Source: a virus
IMG/VR virus record: IMGVR_UViG_3300033048_000096
Length of the DNA stretch: 64,000 bases
Strand: one strand, 5' to 3'
The position numbers and the translations under genes were made by a program. Positions 20,669 through 32,300 of this stretch are shown here, piece by piece (position 1 is the first letter of the stretch; each line of letters begins with the position of its first letter). The notes beneath the pieces were generated by a model, which worked only from the letters and a program-made list of their open reading frames with translations, did no database searches and was not told the origin of the DNA.

Positions 20669-23600
20669 TAGTTCTCCAATCCTGAGCCGAACTCCTGAGG
20701 TTGTGTAGACGGAAGCTCATCTGCTCCATCAATGTTTGACATAATAACTCTAGAAACTTTAACGAAGAATATACTTAAAATTCTGTCAACCTTTGTTAAT
20801 GCCCCAAGTGGAGGCGAACTTGATAATGAACCATCAGTATTAATATTTGGTACGCAATTTACATCTTCCTCCAATTCCGTGAACTGTAAACCATCAAATG
20901 TTAAAGCCTGTATCGTTCTCTCACAAACCCTACCACGAACTTTAACCTCTCCTATATTAGATGAAGTTATCTTTGCGGTGTATGCTGTACCTGTTTTTGT
21001 CAAAATACTTCCATCCTGATTTTTTATAAATTCGGCATCTCCAGTTGAATCACTAATAATCTCTAATATAATTCTATTAGTTATATCTCCAATTATTTCG
21101 TCATCATAACTATCTCTCGGAATAACCTCAATCGTAGCTATTCCGCCCGCTGCGATTGATGCACTATCTCCAATGCCCGCAGCATACTCTCTGGCGCCCG
21201 TGAAAGCAGGCCCTATGGCGTCGAAGCCCTCCAAGACGTCCTCACTTATGTCTCCGTCAACAAAGCCCTCCAGCGGCGTCTCATCGTCATCTTCGAGAAT
21301 CTTGAATGATGTGTTTAATCCATTTATAACATACTTACATATATCATCTAATGTCCCGCTTAAACATTCTACCACTGTCTCGTTCAAAGACGAAAACTCA
21401 TCTACGCTTATTTCTGGCAAGGGAAGAACTCCTAGGGTCTGAGCATTTCTTATGGTAGCCACTTGACCTCTTACTCCAGCCAAATATGTATCCAGACAAT
21501 CTACGGCATCAGTAACTATGCTCTCTATATCTTCCGTATTGTTATCTTCAAAAGGAAAACTATTTATTGACGCAGTTGAACAAAACTGCTCCAGCTGATC
21601 ACCCGCCTGCCTCATGTCAAAGAAGTAAAGTTGAGGGAAGTCAAATATCTTTATCGACTTATCATCCTCATCTATATCTCCATCTTCATCCGAATCAATT
21701 TCAACTTCCTCTCTTGAGAATTTTAACTTAGATGAAGAAGGTGTGTTAACGACATCAGCTATTATAGTCTCAACAAACCCATCACTGTCAAACTCGATAC
21801 CGTCTTTCTGAATAAAATAAACATTAAATTCATCATCCATGATAACTACCTTTGGTATATTGTCAAAGGTTCTGGTAATTAGATCCGTTCCTGTCTGCAT
21901 AGGAACTCCCGTGTCGGGATCGGTTCCAAATACAGGAACCTCAAACTCTAAAATTAATGGCTTTACAGATGCAGTATCACCATTTATATTTAAAAATGCT
22001 TGACCATCTATTGGGCTATATAAGTTTCCTTTCTCTCCTAACTTTAAAATAGTTCCATCTTTACTAAGAAATGCTAATGGTGTATCAACCGTTTGGTTTG
22101 GATCTATATTTTTATCATTCACGCCAGTAGTTAATCCTCTGCCATTAAATCTAAATTTCACCTGCTTAGGTTTCCCAACATTCTTAGTGCTCTTTGTAAA
22201 TGTCGGAGCCATAGTGACATTAAAATCAATACCTCCCGAATTCGCCGATGTGCCTCTCAAAGTATCACTGTCCAAATTCATCGACTCTAAATATGTTCCA
22301 CCCGACTCCACCCCCACGGAATTGCCGAATACCGACTCTGTTATATTAGAAGACGAGGTGCTACCTAAATCATCATTGCTGTAAGTCTGCCCAACCGGTA
22401 ACATCACATTCGGATCTATAGATAAATCAGGCGCAGCTATTCCAGCTACGATTCCCGCCAACATAGTTCCGTCAACGCCGCAATCAGGCTCGCCTTCCCC
22501 AGGGGTTATGCTGCATGGAAATCTAAATATAAGCTGCAAAAGCTGAAGAAATATCGCCAATATAGAAAGTATCGGCTCTAAAAATGTCAAGTCAGCTTCA
22601 ATCTCGAATAAATATTCGGATAAAGTTTCCTCCAAAGCTTTAATCGCATCAAAATCAATAGGCTTTTGCCCCGCAAGATTCAATGCTCTCGATATCTCAT
22701 TTATAGCCGTAATGGTAAATAAAATCTTATCTATAACACATTTCAAAAGCTCAAGGAGATGCAATATTAACTGAAAAAACATAACCGGTATTGATATCTG
22801 GGGCAATAAAAGTATCAAATCATATAAACATTGGAAAAGCCTTATTATTGCTCTAGCTAATTTCACGGGATTTAATAATGAACATATAACATCTATTATG
22901 CAAAAAATAACCTGTAGAGGAACCATTAATACCTGAAAACCATTTAAAGATATCTTTAACTCTGCCACTAAGTGAAATGATAAATCACAAAAAGATTTTA
23001 TAAGATCCTTCGGTATATTCGCTTTGTCTAATAAGTTTGATACGAATTTTAATGGAGCGTCAGCTAACTTGTCAAACAAACCCTGAACGTCAGGTATTTT
23101 ATCCTTAAGGGGGCCCAATAACATTTCCTGAAATACGTCATCCAAATCTACCACGAAATCTCTTCCTAATTCAAACTTGGCTCTATTTCTAGTCGAATTT
23201 CTCGTAGAGGCACATACATCAAAACACGTTTCTGATGAAATCGATATATTTAATAATGTTATCGGAGCCTCTATCGTAGCTTTATACCTACCCGCAACGC
23301 CATCAACCGGTTCAGGTCTGCCTCTGGGCTTTATTACTATAGAATCAAACATCAGAGTGAAATCCCTGTCAGTATTGTCAACTACAATCTCATATTTATT
23401 TCCTACAATTATCGGAATCTCTTTTCCGGTCGATAAAATGATCGGGTCCTTACCCTCTTCTGCGATCGAAATTACTTCAGGAACGTTATACTTTATCGAT
23501 GCTAAACTCTGAGTAATTGCGTTAAAGAATAATAACGCAGCATCTCCATCTTTATTTAACACATAAGAACCGCTGCTAAATGAAGCTCCTGAACCAACTA

Positions 23601-26600
23601 TCAATACATCCCTAGCTAAAGAATTGACTTTAGACTCAGTAAATCCGGCTAATAATGTGCTAGTATTTCCGGAAACTAAGCTGAGCCCTAATTTTATCTT
23701 GGTTGATGGAGTTATATCTATCGGAACAAAGGGAACATTCGTGATGAACTTATCCGAATTAGCTGGGTTAAACAAAACCCCATTGGTTGGTGAATCTGGA
23801 TATAATGAATCAAGGACATTTGATGATAATGAAGAATTACCAACAATTCCGAATAAATTTGACGTGTCACTTATGAAAGACTCCACACTGGAAACTAATT
23901 CATCGCTAGTTATATCTTCATTTACGATTAGTGTTCCTGTCTTCTCATCTATACTATATATAGATCCAGGAGCCTCATTTATTATCGCTGTGGATTTCCC
24001 AGTATACCCCACACTTGAGTAATTAGAACCAAATCTCTTTTCTTTTTTATCAATAGTGAATGATAAAATACCATCATTTTTAGGCCTAATATTACTTAGC
24101 TCAAAAAGAATCTGACCTCTACCTATAACGGTCGGTTTGTTAGAGATCTTGTTAGTTATATCCTCACCGCCTAAGCTTATTCTATATCTTTTGCTTATGA
24201 ACTTCTCATTTGTACCAGATACTATCAGAGCAATTTTTGATATATTATCACTGGTGACGATCGTGCCAGGCGTTAAGCTTTGCCCTCCAAATACGTCCGA
24301 TGGTATGTCGAATTTGCTATTCTCAAATGTGGAAAAAACAGTTCCTGATATATCTGCAGCCATTCCAATAATAGAAGAAGGCTCTATGAATCCAGGGTCA
24401 GAATCAGAGCCTATCTCTAATAACCCGTGACTATCTGAATCTAAATTCACCGTAGTGTTCGATCCAGCTACCTCACCTAATCTCCTGTTAGTTATAACTA
24501 TATACGCTTTATCTACGTTAACTAGACTAGAGAAATTATATCCCGAATATGACGCTCCCGGGAACTTTAAAATTGCTTTTTTATTTGAGAAAGGAATCTT
24601 TGAGAAATCTGCGGTAATTGCTTTCTGAAAAGTATATTCAATATCTAATGGAACCAATAACTCTAATCCAGAAGCATTTAGCTGAATAGTTCTGCTGGGA
24701 AAAGAAAATTCTGACAGGACTTGGGTGTTGACTTCACCGGTTGGTAAGCCTATGTATGCATAGACATCCTTTTCTCCGTCAAATATTTTCCCTTTAGATT
24801 TTATCCCTATTGACGCACTTAATCCATTATTAAATAATGGTATACCAGTTATAGGCTCTAATCCAAAATCAGAAGACCTAAACTCATTCGTACTAAACTC
24901 AACAAAGAGGGCAGACTTTGTGGGCAAATCATCGTCAGATGCTGATGCTACGAACACTCGATCCTCAGAGGATACCGTAGCGGAACCTGCTCCATGAAGC
25001 CTTATAGAGTACTCTGAGGACGCTACGAAGCCTCTGGCTCCCAGGTCCCCTGCGTCTAGAGTTAATGTTATTGAGCTATCCGTCGGGATTGACATTACGC
25101 TAGGAGTAGAGTCTCCTGGGGATATATTTATTATCGCTCCAGATGATAAGTTAGTAAAACTTACCCTCTTAACCTCGGCTAAATCCTCTCCACTTATTTG
25201 TATTACATTAACTTCGTCAATGACTATCGGTAATCCCCCACTAAATCCATCCGGAGATATATTCTGTATTGATGGAGTTGCCTCTGACAAACTCAAATGT
25301 GGGCCGTTCACTCTCGTTACCTGACCAGAGCTATCCTCTACATAAACAGCATATTCTATGCTTCCATTGTGAACCGCACTTGATAAGTTTATTGAATCGA
25401 AATTTATAGAAGAAAAAACTGCTTTATAGTTACCGTCAGAATCTATTGTCGGCTTAGAACTAGCCCACTCTTTTGGCACTCCATTGTAAAATTTAGGCAT
25501 AACCGAGGAAAGAATATTTAATATCCCGTAAGAAGATATATTAAAATATCTACTGTTATTTTTCGATACAGAATTGCCATTATCTGTTAGTAAAATATCT
25601 GGTCGATTCTTTTCTCCGAAAAATATGTGAGGATCCCTTTGACCGAAATATGGATACCCAGAATCTGACGGGCTTATTGATGAATCTGAAAATCCCGGAT
25701 AAAAATTATCAACAAATTGAGCTAAACCAGAAACTTCATTCGATGAAGGAGAACTATCCTCATTTATGATGGCCAATCTATTTGCTGTATCTAATAAACC
25801 TCCAGAACCCTGAACGGGTCTGGTTAGCACAGGAACTGTAAATAGCTCCACCTCGCCGCTGAATGCATCTATCGATCTAGCTCCATTTACCGAGACTCCT
25901 TTGACTATAGGTGAAAGATATACCGTTACGTCATCAGCTTCTTCTAGCTCAAATATAACCTCAAGGGATGAGGATGATGGGAATTCAGTTTCCTGATCTC
26001 CTACAAATGCCGCCACTGGAGGTAGCTTGAAATTATCTATCTCTGTTCTCGTTAATGATTTTCCTGATAATACCTCAATCCATATGCTAGAGTCAGAGGT
26101 TAATGATCCACCTGGTGTTCCCGCAGAATCTCTTCCTGTTATATCCGGTAACTTAATATATAGCACATTATCTAGGACAGTATAGTATCCTCCAATTACT
26201 GGATTGCTTGAAGTGCTGGATAATGCAGAATTTGATAAGTTTACCACAGGAAAGAATTCCAAAATAAGATCATTTACATCAGCAGTGCTACCGCCTAATG
26301 ATGGGAAGCTGGGTGGATCGATATTCGGGAATTCAAAACTACTGCTCGCTTGCTCTATACTATCATTAATTTCCGAAGCGTAAGATTGAAGATCCGAATA
26401 AGTTCTCCCAGATACTCCAACTACATCTCCAAATGATGGGCTCGTTTCATCTAAAATATTATCCAAAATTTTAATAAAAGATTCCGCAGGTATATATCGA
26501 AACTCACAAACCCTTATCATATCTGGATTTGATATCCCCTCCTTAATTACTGACGGATCATCCCCCTTGAATACTGATAGATATACGAATGGTGCTTTTT

Positions 26601-26982
26601 TCTTCTTTCCCTTGTCAGGTCCAGACTCGCTTATTACCTTAATATCTCTTCTGGCTATATCAAATAGTGCATTATTTATAGCCACTCTGGATCTTGACAA
26701 ATCTTCAATCTTAGGGGTAAGTTCCAGCCCCTTGAGCGCACTTAGATTCCTGATCAAGATGTTTGCGACATTTCTTGATGGACGCATTTTTAAACCATCT
26801 GCCCTTATACTTAAAATTGCCCCTCCTGACAAAGGAACCACTGAAGTGTCTCTGGGGAATTCTACGGAATATGTAGTGTCGGTATTTTCACTAATTATTT
26901 CCTTGCCGCAATTTAGAGGCGACGTTTCCTCACAATCATCCGCCACTTGACGCGGAACTAATCCTGGTAATATGAAGGTCAT
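20668..26982 (-). CDS. Large baseplate-associated protein with Ig/IPT-like domains, a long hydrophobic helical segment and an EF-hand-like loop
   Basis: 2104 aa, coupled to the spike gene. PSIQNISPD and PEVISI resemble IPT starts. Hydrophobic Cys-containing helical block at ~22500-23010. Contains DSDEDGDIDEDD. Confidence 0.5.
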   Translation of the reverse strand: MTFILPGLVPRQVADDCEETSPLNCGKEIISENTDTTYSVEFPRDTSVVPLSGGAILSIRADGLKMRPSRNVANILIRNLSALKGLELTPKIEDLSRSRVAINNALFDIARRDIKVISESGPDKGKKKKAPFVYLSVFKGDDPSVIKEGISNPDMIRVCEFRYIPAESFIKILDNILDETSPSFGDVVGVSGRTYSDLQSYASEINDSIEQASSSFEFPNIDPPSFPSLGGSTADVNDLILEFFPVVNLSNSALSSTSSNPVIGGYYTVLDNVLYIKLPDITGRDSAGTPGGSLTSDSSIWIEVLSGKSLTRTEIDNFKLPPVAAFVGDQETEFPSSSSLEVIFELEEADDVTVYLSPIVKGVSVNGARSIDAFSGEVELFTVPVLTRPVQGSGGLLDTANRLAIINEDSSPSSNEVSGLAQFVDNFYPGFSDSSISPSDSGYPYFGQRDPHIFFGEKNRPDILLTDNGNSVSKNNSRYFNISSYGILNILSSVMPKFYNGVPKEWASSKPTIDSDGNYKAVFSSINFDSINLSSAVHNGSIEYAVYVEDSSGQVTRVNGPHLSLSEATPSIQNISPDGFSGGLPIVIDEVNVIQISGEDLAEVKRVSFTNLSSGAIINISPGDSTPSVMSIPTDSSITLTLDAGDLGARGFVASSEYSIRLHGAGSATVSSEDRVFVASASDDDLPTKSALFVEFSTNEFRSSDFGLEPITGIPLFNNGLSASIGIKSKGKIFDGEKDVYAYIGLPTGEVNTQVLSEFSFPSRTIQLNASGLELLVPLDIEYTFQKAITADFSKIPFSNKKAILKFPGASYSGYNFSSLVNVDKAYIVITNRRLGEVAGSNTTVNLDSDSHGLLEIGSDSDPGFIEPSSIIGMAADISGTVFSTFENSKFDIPSDVFGGQSLTPGTIVTSDNISKIALIVSGTNEKFISKRYRISLGGEDITNKISNKPTVIGRGQILFELSNIRPKNDGILSFTIDKKEKRFGSNYSSVGYTGKSTAIINEAPGSIYSIDEKTGTLIVNEDITSDELVSSVESFISDTSNLFGIVGNSSLSSNVLDSLYPDSPTNGVLFNPANSDKFITNVPFVPIDITPSTKIKLGLSLVSGNTSTLLAGFTESKVNSLARDVLIVGSGASFSSGSYVLNKDGDAALLFFNAITQSLASIKYNVPEVISIAEEGKDPIILSTGKEIPIIVGNKYEIVVDNTDRDFTLMFDSIVIKPRGRPEPVDGVAGRYKATIEAPITLLNISISSETCFDVCASTRNSTRNRAKFELGRDFVVDLDDVFQEMLLGPLKDKIPDVQGLFDKLADAPLKFVSNLLDKANIPKDLIKSFCDLSFHLVAELKISLNGFQVLMVPLQVIFCIIDVICSLLNPVKLARAIIRLFQCLYDLILLLPQISIPVMFFQLILHLLELLKCVIDKILFTITAINEISRALNLAGQKPIDFDAIKALEETLSEYLFEIEADLTFLEPILSILAIFLQLLQLIFRFPCSITPGEGEPDCGVDGTMLAGIVAGIAAPDLSIDPNVMLPVGQTYSNDDLGSTSSSNITESVFGNSVGVESGGTYLESMNLDSDTLRGTSANSGGIDFNVTMAPTFTKSTKNVGKPKQVKFRFNGRGLTTGVNDKNIDPNQTVDTPLAFLSKDGTILKLGEKGNLYSPIDGQAFLNINGDTASVKPLILEFEVPVFGTDPDTGVPMQTGTDLITRTFDNIPKVVIMDDEFNVYFIQKDGIEFDSDGFVETIIADVVNTPSSSKLKFSREEVEIDSDEDGDIDEDDKSIKIFDFPQLYFFDMRQAGDQLEQFCSTASINSFPFEDNNTEDIESIVTDAVDCLDTYLAGVRGQVATIRNAQTLGVLPLPEISVDEFSSLNETVVECLSGTLDDICKYVINGLNTSFKILEDDDETPLEGFVDGDISEDVLEGFDAIGPAFTGAREYAAGIGDSASIAAGGIATIEVIPRDSYDDEIIGDITNRIILEIISDSTGDAEFIKNQDGSILTKTGTAYTAKITSSNIGEVKVRGRVCERTIQALTFDGLQFTELEEDVNCVPNINTDGSLSSSPPLGALTKVDRILSIFFVKVSRVIMSNIDGADELPSTQPQEFGSGLEN

Positions 26983-29351
26983 TATACATTCCTAGTTGGT
27001 GGTTTAATTACATTTATAACTCCCTTAGGGTCTACAGTCCTAACTGATATACCCTTAAGAGTTACGTCACTTGATGAGCTTTCGATTAATATCGGTCCAT
27101 CATTTCTAAATATCATAGGGACAGAACGCTTCATCCCTCCTATTACCAGCCCATTCTCACTTATCGAAATTATAAAGTCAGATTCTGCCCCGGGGTTACC
27201 ACCTTTTTCTGATGTATTATCCCCCGTGAATTGGCTGGTTACAAATCCCTTATCAGTTACATTAACCCTTAGCTCAAATCTGCCCTTGGTCATCTGTTTC
27301 GTAACTTCCGTCCCGCTAGACGAAGTTGTTGTATTATATGTTCCACCCACATTAATTAACATATCACCGTCCGTCTGCATAACCATACTTCTTCCGTTTT
27401 TATCCGCGCCTAGCCAAGCTATTATAGATCCGGCTGTATCTAACACAATACTCTTCTGATCGAAATTATCCTTACCCACTGACGCCTCTACCGAACCCTC
27501 GAAGTTAAGATGAGCGCTTTTGCCGCCGACCGGTCTTGCCACCTCATCTCCGTCGGCAATTTCTACGGAAACTTCATCGCCAACTACCGAAGACCTAAAA
27601 TCATTTGAGTAAGGGGGATTTCCTGACTCATCAGTGTATAATTTGCCAGCAATTAATGTACCGACTCCATTGCCATCTTCGCCTCCGCCAGAATATATAG
27701 CTGGATTTCCAGGCTCTACTGCGATCACGCTCATATATGTCGGAAAGTCAGTGGCAAACTGAGGTAAGAGTTCTCTAAGCGAAGACAGATCTAATGTTTC
27801 CGCAGAATTTAATGAATCAGGAATAGGAATCTCAAATGGCTTAAGAATAGACATTCCCTCCGGAAATCCTGATTCGTCAGTAAATCTAGTTGGTATATTT
27901 ATTATCTTTATAGTGTTAGCTATAAGCCTTTCCGCAGTGGCATACATATTGTGATACTTAGTTGAGTTAACTCTAACCTCAGTGACTAGACCATCTCCGT
28001 CGGTGGGGAAGTAGGAAGAAGTCTCATCTACACTATACCGGATTCCAGTCTTGCGATGTGTAATTCCTTGCGCATTTTTATCCGGGTAAACCATTTCTCC
28101 GTTAGCATCCCTTAACGTAACAGGTACCGGCTCTGTTATTATATCTTTTTCAAAAGATACATTCACAGAATCTCCTTCACCTATGTAATTAGCGTTTGAT
28201 GCGAAAGGTATATTTCCCGTATCTGATGATGCTGGTATATTAACTTTTAATAACCCTTCCTTATCTATATCAAATACGAAGTTGCTAATGCTTTCACTTA
28301 AATCATTAGATCTCGTGTTTGTTGATAATTGGAAATGATAGCCTATACCCCGACGACTTATTCTTCTAGCTCTATCATAATTTACTAACAAACTCTCCGT
28401 AGGTACTTCGTTATTCTTACCAATAACTATTGGTCTATAATTTATATCTAATACATTCCCATTTATATCAACTACGTTACCGCCTATAACCTCAATAAGC
28501 TCATGCTCAGCTAGATGCAAAGAGTTTCCTTGCTCACGATTCCTTAGGAAGGTTTCTGAATCATCATACATTTTCGTATTATTGGTTGCTCTGGAAACTT
28601 CGTCATCAAACCCCGTAAACATACTTTCAGTGGTGAACTCATTAATCACCATTCTATATTCTGATATTTCAGGATTTCTTTTTCTTGATTGATAAGTTCT
28701 TCTTGATGGCCAACTATTTTTGAAAAAACCCAGGGGCGTCGTTCTGTTAGCATATTTAGGGTCAGCAAACAATGGGGTTTGATTGAGGTTTGGTTTTGGG
28801 AATAGATTTCTTATTATTCCGGGCATTCTCCTGACAGAACCGGCTATAATCTTCGTTGAGTTTGAGTATTCTACTATATCTCCCGAAGCTGTTAATAATG
28901 ATGATCTTGCGTCATTCCTGTTTAGATAGATTCCGCCACCATTGACTGTTGTTAAATTTATATCACCGGACCCTCTTAACCCTATCTCTGCACCATTATC
29001 CCCTCTTATTATAATCTCCCCATCTTTAATCTCAGGGTAAGGTATTGTTCCGTTTGGCACATCCACAGGCTTTCTTCTGTTGAAAATACTTCTATATAAA
29101 TTTGGCTTTGGAATTAATCCAGTTATTACTGTAACATCTCTGCTCCTAGCTGATGTAAACATAGCAATGACCCTAGTCCCTCTAGTTATTCCGTAGAATA
29201 TACCAGCATTTCCATTTCCGGCGAAATGAGGTAATGGAACGCCATCGATCGTAGAATCAGTATTGGCATCTATCGGGCTAATAGAGCAAGTTCCTCTACT
29301 ATAATCTATCTCAACTATAATTGCTTCGAATATTTGATCAGAAAATAACAT
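26982..29351 (-). CDS. Central spike protein (gp5/gpV-like OB fold plus beta-rich C-terminus)
   Basis: 789 aa. N-terminal IIVEIDYSRGTCSI...GTRVIAMF OB-like segment; C-terminal beta-strand repeats; position right after the hub. Confidence 0.65.
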   Translation of the reverse strand: MLFSDQIFEAIIVEIDYSRGTCSISPIDANTDSTIDGVPLPHFAGNGNAGIFYGITRGTRVIAMFTSARSRDVTVITGLIPKPNLYRSIFNRRKPVDVPNGTIPYPEIKDGEIIIRGDNGAEIGLRGSGDINLTTVNGGGIYLNRNDARSSLLTASGDIVEYSNSTKIIAGSVRRMPGIIRNLFPKPNLNQTPLFADPKYANRTTPLGFFKNSWPSRRTYQSRKRNPEISEYRMVINEFTTESMFTGFDDEVSRATNNTKMYDDSETFLRNREQGNSLHLAEHELIEVIGGNVVDINGNVLDINYRPIVIGKNNEVPTESLLVNYDRARRISRRGIGYHFQLSTNTRSNDLSESISNFVFDIDKEGLLKVNIPASSDTGNIPFASNANYIGEGDSVNVSFEKDIITEPVPVTLRDANGEMVYPDKNAQGITHRKTGIRYSVDETSSYFPTDGDGLVTEVRVNSTKYHNMYATAERLIANTIKIINIPTRFTDESGFPEGMSILKPFEIPIPDSLNSAETLDLSSLRELLPQFATDFPTYMSVIAVEPGNPAIYSGGGEDGNGVGTLIAGKLYTDESGNPPYSNDFRSSVVGDEVSVEIADGDEVARPVGGKSAHLNFEGSVEASVGKDNFDQKSIVLDTAGSIIAWLGADKNGRSMVMQTDGDMLINVGGTYNTTTSSSGTEVTKQMTKGRFELRVNVTDKGFVTSQFTGDNTSEKGGNPGAESDFIISISENGLVIGGMKRSVPMIFRNDGPILIESSSSDVTLKGISVRTVDPKGVINVIKPPTRNV

Positions 29352-29360
29352 TATTTACCC

Positions 29361-32300
29361 CTAATTAGTTCCGGAATTAATGCCGTCTTGCTTTTTAATT
29401 CCTGTGCCAATAACTCTCTCTATGTCTAGTATTCCGATCTCTATAACATTGCTAACTCTAAATGTTCTAGAGTTTATAGTAGCTACCGTATTGTTTTGAG
29501 ATTTTATATCAAGCCAAGTCCTCTGCTTAGGGCCGCCCTTAGGGAATATCGCTTCGTAATCACCCGAATCTATAAGTTTACTATCCAAAGTTTGCGCGCT
29601 TAAAAGTGAAGGGTTAAGACACTGAATTTCACTAGTGCTAGACTCATTGTCTAAGAATACAATCTGTTCTGCAATCATCGTGGCTGGAATTGAATTAACT
29701 GGCAATCCGTTAGGAAGAGTCATCGATGTAATCCCTTTGGTTGTGCCAGACTGCTTGCCAAGTCCTCTAGCTACTGACGATCCGAAGTCAAATATGTCAT
29801 CGGATAATGAAGTTGGATTCGTCTGAGTTAATGATACCGGATTCTGTAACATTCCTTTTATTATTTTTATATTATTTCTAACCAACTCTTCGTCAGGATC
29901 ATTTCTTCCTTTCACGAAACCTCTTATTAAGACTATTCTGTTACCTATAACTAGGGAGCTTAAATCTGCCATCATATTTGTAAATCTTAACGCATTATCT
30001 TTATGGTCTAACAGAACCGGAATGTTCTCTTCCGTTATATCCTGATTATCAGGAAAGACAATTGCGCAATCTGGCTGAAGCTCTCTGTAGCTATCATCTC
30101 CTTGTGAATTTCTATAAGTTAATATAGTTCCAGTAAGAGGGTCTTTGGTGAATTGCTGCCCTATGATATCTAATGGACTTGGTAGATAGGTCCCAGGAGG
30201 ATGACCGAACTCAAGAGTTAATGATGTTGTAAACTTACTTCCTAATCCAAAATTATGAGAAACACTTCTGACGTAATAAAGAAGTTCTTTTGTCTTTACA
30301 TAAACTGTATCTCCAGGCTCATAGTACTCGTTACCTATTATCGTTATGGAAGCTTGATTTATCTTTAATCTTTGAAGCTGTAACTCAAGTATCGCATAAG
30401 GCTTTGATTGTAACTCAGCGTCCGAAGCGAATGGTAAGTTTTTAGTTCCCCCACTCTTATAACCGTACTGTCTCCATAAATCAAAATCAGTCGCCCCAGC
30501 CCAATAGTATCTATCCTGGAATGTTTGGTTTAATGAGCTTCCTATGATCGGGGCATCTCCAACTATATCAACCCTGACGAAATCAGGAGGCTCTTCCGTG
30601 AATGTACATTCCATTATATCATAATCTTCGATGATATGTCTCTTGCCCGAACCTGGACCTAGGAAATTTCTAGTATCATCAGCTATTAAATGATCAAATA
30701 AAGACCCCTTAGTAGCGTCACCTGTGAATATATCAGTAATCGTTTTAACTGTGTTGCTAGCCTGATCTAGTTTTTCAATTAATGTGTCTAAGAAGTTAGG
30801 ATCATTATTTGCCTGCGCGTTAGTAAACTCTCCAGATAGAATCTCCTCAACCTCATCAAGCTCCTGCTCTTTTTCTGCATTTCTCATTAAAATCGTTACT
30901 AAACTATCTCTCTTTGATATCGTCTCCTCAAGCTTCTTTAAGTAATTATTCGCTTTAGCTAGATTTTCAGACTCAGCGTTAGGACTGGTAGAGTTATTAT
31001 TTAATATAAAATCTGATTTCTGAAACTTACCATTGTCACTAACCAAATCCGTAGCCGGATCTATTCCGGATAATTTAACGAAGCTTTCTCTTAGATTATT
31101 TAAATTAGACGGATTAGCTATCTTGATTGAGCTTTCACCAGACGAATTAGATGCTGTATTTAAAACGTTGTTCACTAAACCTGTAGACTCTTGAAATAAA
31201 GGATCGAATATTCCAAGAAGTGTTGTCGTGTCACCATTCAGAACATCTCCTCTCTCCCCAAGACCTGCCATTATATTTATTCCTGTTCCCAAAACCTGAT
31301 TGCCCGTATCCACGATATTACCTACTCCAAACTGGATATTACCGCTACGCAAGTCAACAGCGCTTGTACTGCCAGATTCGCTTACCCCGAAAAATCTCAA
31401 ACTTTCCTTGCCATTTCCAAATCCCTGCAGTATAATATTCCTGACAGAAGAGTTAAAGTTAGGTATTAGGGTATTATCTGGGTAACTATTGAGTAAGAGG
31501 GCTAGGAGGACTATACGGATATTGAGACTATGGATCTCCCTCCTTAGTGAATTGGATCTACTTTGGAACACTTCTGTCAGGAATGAGGGCACTATCTTCT
31601 TTCCTGATTCTTTATTGATTTCGAATAAACGTTGGAGTATAGTTAAGGGAGTCCTGTTCCATTGGGGTGGACGGAATTCTAGATGGCCCTGTGAGTTGGC
31701 GAAGAATTCTAAATTTATAAACTTTGCAGCCTCAGCGCATTTGTCATAAACACTGATGAAATCTCCCTTGAATATTTTGTAGTCAGCATCTTTCAACTTA
31801 AATATGAATGGACGAATATCTGTTTGCTCATCATATTGATCCGAAACTATAAACAAATTCTGATCTCTGTTAAGTCTAACATCCTCTATCCTTCTCTGTG
31901 CTCCCACAATCGTCATAGCTCTAGTCGTCTGATGATCAGCGGTGTAGTTTCCAGTTAAAGGAAGCGTCTTGCTTCTTCCGAATAAATTGAAATTTTGAGT
32001 GATCAAGTCCGATGATGATACGGCACCACTGTCATTTAAGATTCTGACTTGAGCCTGTATGCCAGACTCTATCGAATTTCGCTCAGCTCTCAACGAATTA
32101 AGAAGAATACTGCCTCCTGATAAATTATTCGCATCAGTCAATCTTCTTATTATAGCATCTAACTCAGCTCTCCTAACTTGTAACTGCCTGATGTTTTCAT
32201 TCGACTTATTTCTTAATATATTTGAATTTGCGGTCTGTAGTAATGTCTGACTGCTCATCGTCACCATTCTGTATGGACGGAAGTTACCAAAATGATTGTT

